This document shows, one piece after another, positions 51,652-56,491 of a stretch of DNA of 56,491 nucleotides (position 1 is its first letter; the number at the start of each line of letters is the position of its first letter). A program made the position numbers and the translations under genes. The notes beneath the pieces are model-generated. The model worked only from the letters and a program-made list of their open reading frames with translations, ran no database searches and had not been told where the DNA came from. Source of the stretch: Eubacteriales bacterium. Its GTDB lineage: Bacteria; Bacillota; Clostridia; Oscillospirales; CAG-272. The stretch covers positions 1-56,491 of the forward strand of contig JAZNEQ010000151.1 of assembly GCA_045588715.1 (NCBI GenBank), in the 5' to 3' direction.

Positions 51652-54057
51652 TCAATTTCTGAGTTCGAGTCCCATCTTATACTTCAGATCGTTCAGCATT
51701 TTCTTGGTGACCTTGTCTGCCTCCTCAACCGTTAAGGTGCGGTCTGCGGCGCGCAGAGTAACACGCAGGGAAACGGATTTTTTACCTTCGCCAAGCTGAG
51801 GCCCTCGGTAGATATCGAAGAGAGCGACATTTTCAACAAGCTTGCCACCTGCTTTTTGCATGACACCTTCAATGGCACCAACCTCCATCTCTTCTTCACA
51901 AACGAAGGAGAAGTCGCGGGTGGAGGCAGGATACTTGGGAAGGGGCTTGTATGACTTTTTGGTGTTTGCAGCTGCAAAGATCTCGTCAAAGGCAAGCTCC
52001 GCAATATAAACGGGAACGTTGATGCCATAGTTTTCTGCCATCAGAGGATGGGATTCACCCAAAATTCCCAAAAGCGTTCCATCCTCGGTAAGGATCTTTG
52101 CGCATCTTCCGGGATGATATGCGTTTTGTTCCTTATCCGCCGTGTAGATCGCACTCTTGATGCCTGCTAAGCGAAGAACGTTTTCACAAATTCCCTTCAG
52201 TGCGTAAAAGTCAAAGTTCCCGTAAGCACCTACCGTAAGCACCTTTTTTTCGGTGGGAAGCGCAGTGGGATCCTCACTCGGAAGATAAACGCTCGCAATT
52301 TCGAACAAACGCACGTTTTCGTTGTTAAAGTTGTTGTTGCGTGCCAAGGTCTCCATCATGGAGGGGAGCGCGGTGGTACGCATTACGCTGGTGTCCTCTC
52401 CCAAAGGATTGGAGATGACCACAGAGCGACGAAGCACGCTGTCCTCGGGCATACGGATCTTATCGTAATACTTGGGGCTGATAAAGGAGAAGGTGTGGAT
52501 CTGGGAAACACCCATGCCGACCATTGCCGCCTCGGTATTTACCTCGAAGATCTGTTTTTCGTTTCTTCCGCCAAGCGTAGTTTCGGCATTCATATAGGAT
52601 GCCTCGATCTTGTCGTATCCGTAAATGCGGCATACCTCTTCGGCAATGTCGTTCATACAGCCAAGATCTGCACGCCAGGAGGGAACGTGGATCTTTCCGT
52701 CTTCAATGCGACAGCCCAGACCCTCCAAGGTTTTGATCATATGCTCGTGTGGGATATCCATTCCAAGGAATTCGTTGTAGCGATCGGGAGTAAAGGGAAG
52801 CACTGTTGCATCTGCCTTTACAGGATATACGTCGATGATGCCGTCAACGACCTCACCCGCACCTAAAAGCTCAACCAGCTCGCAGGCACGTTCCAGGGCG
52901 GGAAGACAGTTTTCAGCATCCAGTCCCTTTTCAAAGCGCGCCGAGGATTCGGTACGCATGCCGTTTTTCTTTGCGGTCACGCGGACAGAGGCACCGTTAA
53001 AGCAAGCGGATTCAAATACAACGGTCGCCGTATCTGCCTCGATCTCGGAGTTGGCTCCTCCCATCACGCCCGCAAGTGCGCAAGCCTTTTTGGCGTCGGC
53101 AATGACCAGCATGGAGGAATCCAGCGTATGATCCGTGTCGTCAAGCGAGCGGAAGTTTTCGTTGTCGGCGGCACGGCGCACGTCAATTGAGGCACCGTCA
53201 AGCGATTTGTAATCAAACGCGTGCATGGGCTGGCCGTATTCAAGCATGACGTAGTTGGTAATATCCACGATGTTGTTGATGGGGCGCACGCCGGATGCGC
53301 GCAAGCGCATACGCATCCAAAGCGGGGAGGGGGCGATCTTTACGTTTTTGACCACTCTTGCACAGTAGCGGTAGCAAAGATCGGGGGCAGAGATCCCCAC
53401 ACGGAGATAATTGTCGATCTTGTCACCGTCGGCAGCACCCTTTACCTCGGGGGTATGGAGGGTGAGGGGGCGGTCGAAGGAAACGGCGGTCTCACGTGCA
53501 AGACCGATCACGGAGAGACAGTCGGGACGGTTGGAGGTGATCTCAAACTCAACCGTGGTATCCTTCAGCATCAGAACGTCGCGAATGTCCTTTCCAAACT
53601 TGTCGGCACAGTCCTCGTCAAGGATCAAAATTCCGTTTTCTTCTTTGCCGGGGCACTCGTGTACCGTTAGCTGTAATTCGCCCATGGAGCAAAGCATACC
53701 GTTGGACTCTACACCGCGCAATTTTCCTGCCTTGATCACAACGTCGCCGGGAAGCTTTGCAACGGGGAGTGCCGCGGGAACGATGGCACCCTCAAAAATG
53801 TTTTGTGCGCCTGTTACGATTTGAATATCGTGTCCGAATTTGTCTCCGGCATCGACACGGCAGATCCAGAGGTGATCCGAATCGGGATGCTTTTCCATGT
53901 GCGTGATCTTTGCAACAACCACGTTTTCAATGTCGTCGCCCAGCACCTCAAAGCCCTCAACCTTGGAGCCTGTGATGGTGAGCTTGTCGCAGTATTCTTT
54001 ATTGTCGATCCCGTCGGTGTTGACGAAATCCGAAAGCCAATTTCTTGAAAGATTCAT
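51652..54057 (-). CDS. pheT: Phenylalanine--tRNA ligase beta subunit
   Basis: 801 aa. The N-terminus MNLSRNWLSDFV and the overall length are typical of PheT. It lies directly downstream of pheS. Confidence 0.92.
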   Translation of the reverse strand: MNLSRNWLSDFVNTDGIDNKEYCDKLTITGSKVEGFEVLGDDIENVVVAKITHMEKHPDSDHLWICRVDAGDKFGHDIQIVTGAQNIFEGAIVPAALPVAKLPGDVVIKAGKLRGVESNGMLCSMGELQLTVHECPGKEENGILILDEDCADKFGKDIRDVLMLKDTTVEFEITSNRPDCLSVIGLARETAVSFDRPLTLHTPEVKGAADGDKIDNYLRVGISAPDLCYRYCARVVKNVKIAPSPLWMRMRLRASGVRPINNIVDITNYVMLEYGQPMHAFDYKSLDGASIDVRRAADNENFRSLDDTDHTLDSSMLVIADAKKACALAGVMGGANSEIEADTATVVFESACFNGASVRVTAKKNGMRTESSARFEKGLDAENCLPALERACELVELLGAGEVVDGIIDVYPVKADATVLPFTPDRYNEFLGMDIPHEHMIKTLEGLGCRIEDGKIHVPSWRADLGCMNDIAEEVCRIYGYDKIEASYMNAETTLGGRNEKQIFEVNTEAAMVGMGVSQIHTFSFISPKYYDKIRMPEDSVLRRSVVISNPLGEDTSVMRTTALPSMMETLARNNNFNNENVRLFEIASVYLPSEDPTALPTEKKVLTVGAYGNFDFYALKGICENVLRLAGIKSAIYTADKEQNAYHPGRCAKILTEDGTLLGILGESHPLMAENYGINVPVYIAELAFDEIFAAANTKKSYKPLPKYPASTRDFSFVCEEEMEVGAIEGVMQKAGGKLVENVALFDIYRGPQLGEGKKSVSLRVTLRAADRTLTVEEADKVTKKMLNDLKYKMGLELRN

Positions 54058-54071
54058 TGTTTTCTACCTCC

Positions 54072-55085
54072 TTAGAACTGTTCAAGGAAACGCTCGTCGT
54101 TTTCGTAGAAAAGACGAATGTCGTCAATTCCGTATCTTGCCATGGTGATACGCTCGATGCCAAGACCGAAGGCAAAGCCCGAATATTCCTCGGGATCGAT
54201 GCCGCAGTTGGAAAGGACGAAGGGATGTACCATGCCGGCACCGAGAATTTCGATCCAACCTTCTCCCTTGCAAAGACGGCAGCCCTTTCCGCCGCATACG
54301 AAGCAAGAAACGTCAACCTCTGCCGAGGGCTCGGTAAACGGGAAGTGGTGAGGACGGAAACGGATCTGTGTTTTTTCACCGAACATCTTCTTGGCAAAAA
54401 CGGCAAGCGTTCCCTTCAGGTCGCCCATGGTGATTCCCTTGTCAATCACAAGCCCCTCCAATTGATGGAAGAGGGGAGAGTGCGTTGCGTCCAATGCATC
54501 GGAACGGTAAACGCGCCCGGGGGAGATGATGCGGATCGGGGGCTTCTGATGCTCCATTACACGCACCTGGACCGGGGAGGTTTGCGAACGCAGAAGGATG
54601 TTGTCGGTGATGTAAAAGGTGTCCTGCGTGTCGCGTGCGGGATGATTTTCGGGAATGTTGAGTGCCTGGAAGTTGTAGTAATCCAACTCAACCTCGGGAC
54701 CCTCGGCAATGGAGAAGCCCATACCGATGAAAATATCCTCAAGCTCTCTTTGTGCACGCGTCAAGGGGTGGATATGTCCCACGGGAGCGGCATTGGCAGG
54801 CATAGTGACGTCCAGCTTTTCGGAAACAAGACGTGCTTCGAGTGCCTTTTGGCGAAGCTCCTTGGATTTTTCGGAGATCGCCGCTTCAATGGTTTCGCGG
54901 ATCTCGTTTGCAAGCTGACCGATCAGAGGTCTCTCCTCGGCACTTAGCGCTCCCATACCGCGAAGCACCGCAGTAAGCTCACCTTTCTTTCCAAGATATT
55001 TGATTCGGATCTCTTCCAAATTCGCATCGGGAGCGTTGATCTGCTCCAATGCTTCATTGCGGATTTTTGAAAGCTTTTCTTTCAT
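54072..55085 (-). CDS. pheS: Phenylalanine--tRNA ligase alpha subunit
   Basis: 337 aa from the ATG at 55085 ([16 protein letters not shown]...). Class II motifs are present ([34 protein letters not shown]). Confidence 0.92.
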   Translation of the reverse strand: MKEKLSKIRNEALEQINAPDANLEEIRIKYLGKKGELTAVLRGMGALSAEERPLIGQLANEIRETIEAAISEKSKELRQKALEARLVSEKLDVTMPANAAPVGHIHPLTRAQRELEDIFIGMGFSIAEGPEVELDYYNFQALNIPENHPARDTQDTFYITDNILLRSQTSPVQVRVMEHQKPPIRIISPGRVYRSDALDATHSPLFHQLEGLVIDKGITMGDLKGTLAVFAKKMFGEKTQIRFRPHHFPFTEPSAEVDVSCFVCGGKGCRLCKGEGWIEILGAGMVHPFVLSNCGIDPEEYSGFAFGLGIERITMARYGIDDIRLFYENDERFLEQF

Positions 55086-55144
55086 TTTTATGTTCGTTCC
55101 TTTCTGAAAATATGGAATTGAAATACTGTTTTTAGGCTTGGCGG

Positions 55145-55404
55145 AAAACAAAAAAAGCGCCGTCCCAAATCATCAGGACGAGGCGCATAAGCACACCGCG
55201 GTACCACCCGAAATTCCGGCTCAAAGCCAACACTCTGATAGGCCTGTAACGGTGCCTTTCCGTATCGGGTGACTTGCTTTTGGCGTTGGCCCGATCTGCT
55301 CCGAAGGGAAATGCGCGATTCAAGGGTACTGCACCGCTTTCAGCTGTGCGGCGCTCTCTGTGAATACCAAAATTTGAAACGGCTGACTTCATCATAGCAT
55401 TCTG
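55145..55404 (-). promoter_or_regulatory. T-box riboswitch leader (Phe) with terminator
   Basis: The minus strand carries the T-box sequence AATTTCGGGTGGTACCGCG (55215-55197). The terminator GCGCCTCGTCC/GGACGGCGC plus T7 lies at 55186-55145. AGAGAG and GAAAGC stem-I elements are present, and UUC triplets occur in the CAUUUCCCUUCGG segment. Confidence 0.85.
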
Positions 55405-55410
55405 CGATGA

Positions 55411-55439
55411 ATTATATCATACTCTTTTGAGTTTTGCAA
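55411..55439 (-). promoter_or_regulatory. Sigma-A promoter of the T-box/pheST unit
   Basis: The minus strand reads TTGCAA (55439-55434), a 17-nt spacer, then TATAAT (55416-55411). Confidence 0.6.
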
Positions 55440-55476
55440 TACTTTTTTTTAAAAAAACGGAAAAGAAACCCGAAAA

Positions 55477-56202
55477 TCACGTCGTTTTGATGGCAATGCA
55501 ATCAATAAACGCGGCAATACGTGGGATGCGGAGAACAAAATAAAGAAGTATGCCGCCAAAAACGTTTAAGATCAGATCGTCGACGTCGCATGATCCTACC
55601 ATAAAGAAAAATTGCAGAGCTTCTACGCAAACGACCGACAGCACAAGCGTGGGAATAAAAACATACCAACGTCTTTGTACTTTCCAAAGTGTGGGGAGGA
55701 AAAAGGAAACCGGCATAAAAACGCAAATGTTTCCAAGCAGATTGAGAATGACGTAATAAGAAGAGACGTACCCGTGCGCAAGTCCCAGAATATACACCTC
55801 CCAAATACTTTGAAAGGGAATAAAATTTACAAAGTTTTGCAGGTAGTATTCCCGTGTGTTCTCACCACCGTCAAGAAGGGAGTCGCGACCAAAGCCCTTT
55901 TCAAAAAGCGTTACATTAAGCAAGAGATAAAGGTAGAGAAAAAAGAAAAACACGATCAAACGTGGGAACATACGGCGGTCGCCCGTTCTATCGGCATACA
56001 GCATTGCTGACAGATAAAACAAAAGGCAGATCAGGATAAGAAGAATGATGCGCAAAAGCACCGAACGGGGAAGCGTGCCGGTGCCGATGTGAAGAGAAAC
56101 TTCAAGGATCGCAAACAGGAGAAGAAAAAGGAATGCAGCTGCACATACCCAGCTTTCCGCATGGAGGATCTTTGCAAAAAGATTTGAAAGCTTATTTTTC
56201 AT
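55477..56202 (-). CDS. VanZ family membrane protein
   Basis: 241 aa. The C-terminal VanZ signature reads NFIPFQS..., NICVFMPVSFF, VEALQFFFMVGSCDVDDLILNVFGG. Confidence 0.75.
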   Translation of the reverse strand: MKNKLSNLFAKILHAESWVCAAAFLFLLLFAILEVSLHIGTGTLPRSVLLRIILLILICLLFYLSAMLYADRTGDRRMFPRLIVFFFFLYLYLLLNVTLFEKGFGRDSLLDGGENTREYYLQNFVNFIPFQSIWEVYILGLAHGYVSSYYVILNLLGNICVFMPVSFFLPTLWKVQRRWYVFIPTLVLSVVCVEALQFFFMVGSCDVDDLILNVFGGILLYFVLRIPRIAAFIDCIAIKTT

Positions 56203-56302
56203 ATGGCTTCTCCTTTCTTCGAATTTGTAAGCGGCATCCTTTCAAAGTATAGCAGAAAAATCAAAAAAAGTCTATAGTTTTGATAAAAAATTTCCTTTTG
56301 TC

Positions 56303-56331
56303 TTTACAAAGCAAAAAAAATATGTTATAAT
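56303..56331 (+). promoter_or_regulatory. Sigma-A type promoter for the last (truncated) gene
   Basis: TTTACA (56303-56308), a 17-nt spacer, then TATAAT (56326-56331). Confidence 0.5.
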
Positions 56332-56363
56332 CTAAGCAAACAGAAAACGAAAGGATGACAATT

Positions 56364-56491
56364 ATGAAAGATACAACCCTCGTTATTTTAGCAGCAGGAC
56401 TTGGCAGCCGCTTTGGCGGAAACAAGCAGATCTCTCACGTGGGACCTCACGATGAGATCTTAATGGAATATTCCATCCACGATGCGATCGC
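56364..56491 (+). CDS. Sugar-phosphate nucleotidyltransferase family protein, 3' end lies outside the window
   Basis: The ATG at 56364 follows AAAGGA. The translation MKDTTLVILAAGLGSRFGGNKQISHVGP carries the NTP-transferase G-loop LAAGxGSRF. The frame is open to the window end. Confidence 0.6.
   Translation, partial: MKDTTLVILAAGLGSRFGGNKQISHVGPHDEILMEYSIHDAI

Noticed and set aside
51028-54947. Plus-strand ORFs 51028-51735 and 54045-54947 lie opposite the deacetylase and pheS genes, and several 60-150 aa ORFs lie inside pheT.
   Set aside because: They are antisense to strongly supported genes and have no translation signals.
1-56491. I looked for CRISPR arrays, IS elements, integrases, prophage blocks, toxin-antitoxin pairs and known defence systems.
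   Set aside because: I saw no regularly spaced direct repeats. No transposase, integrase or phage structural motifs appear in any of the six frames provided. The only mobile-element hints are the tRNA-Glu scar and the small repeats reported above.

Overview
This window is a chromosomal segment of an endospore-forming Firmicute, probably Clostridia. The evidence is gpr, spoIIP and spoIVA, a T-box-controlled pheST, GGAGG-type ribosome binding sites and many near-consensus TTGACA-17-TATAAT promoters. I call about 47 protein genes, 3 tRNAs (Met-CAU, Glu-UUC, Gly-CCC), one Phe T-box leader and many hairpin terminators. I found no CRISPR array, IS element, transposase, integrase or obvious prophage.

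Layout by position:
- 0-3.8 kb: peptidase E (truncated by the window edge), a tRNA-Met/tRNA-Glu pair, an aldose epimerase, a tRNA-Gly followed by a DUF523 gene, and an EamA transporter.
- 3.9-12.7 kb: one tightly coupled lipid operon (TetR, DUF308-like membrane protein, DegV/FakB, DAK2/FakA, a two-gene BCR/HAD-type radical enzyme, PlsY).
- 12.7-19.7 kb: sugar and sugar-acid genes with two AraC regulators.
- 19.7-23.2 kb: carrier protein, MBOAT, SGNH-like protein and lipoprotein.
- 23.2-30.3 kb: an AraC regulator plus the hexuronate operon (uxaB, uxaA, esterase, uxaC, TIM-barrel protein).
- 30.4-32.5 kb: an orphan family-5 substrate-binding lipoprotein.
- 32.7-37 kb: gpr, spoIIP, a small membrane protein, an XRE-S24 repressor and radC.
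- 37.1-42.3 kb: a divergent enolase, an MFS transporter with a histidine phosphatase, and spoIVA.
- 42.7-50 kb: a GH42-like protein, a His-rich HD-like protein and a 1547-aa Cys-rich lipoprotein.
- 50.1-56.5 kb: a Zn-ribbon membrane protein, a CE4 deacetylase, pheT, pheS, the T-box leader, VanZ and a truncated nucleotidyltransferase.

Most interesting observations:
1. The lipid operon joins fatty-acid kinase, PlsY and a plasmalogen-synthase-like (PlsA/PlsR-type) radical enzyme in one unit.
2. The giant lipoprotein is built from about 20 degenerate Cys/His knuckle modules.
3. The dlt-like carrier-MBOAT-SGNH module has no ligase gene nearby, and its SGNH-like protein reads GDC where GDS is expected.
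4. A 36-nt element recurs in two 3' UTRs, and a third copy is split by a nested hairpin.
5. A promoter, structured RNA and terminator unit sits upstream of the divergent enolase.
6. The 3' end of tRNA-Glu is duplicated, which looks like an att scar.

All family assignments come from motif recognition by eye. No database search was run.
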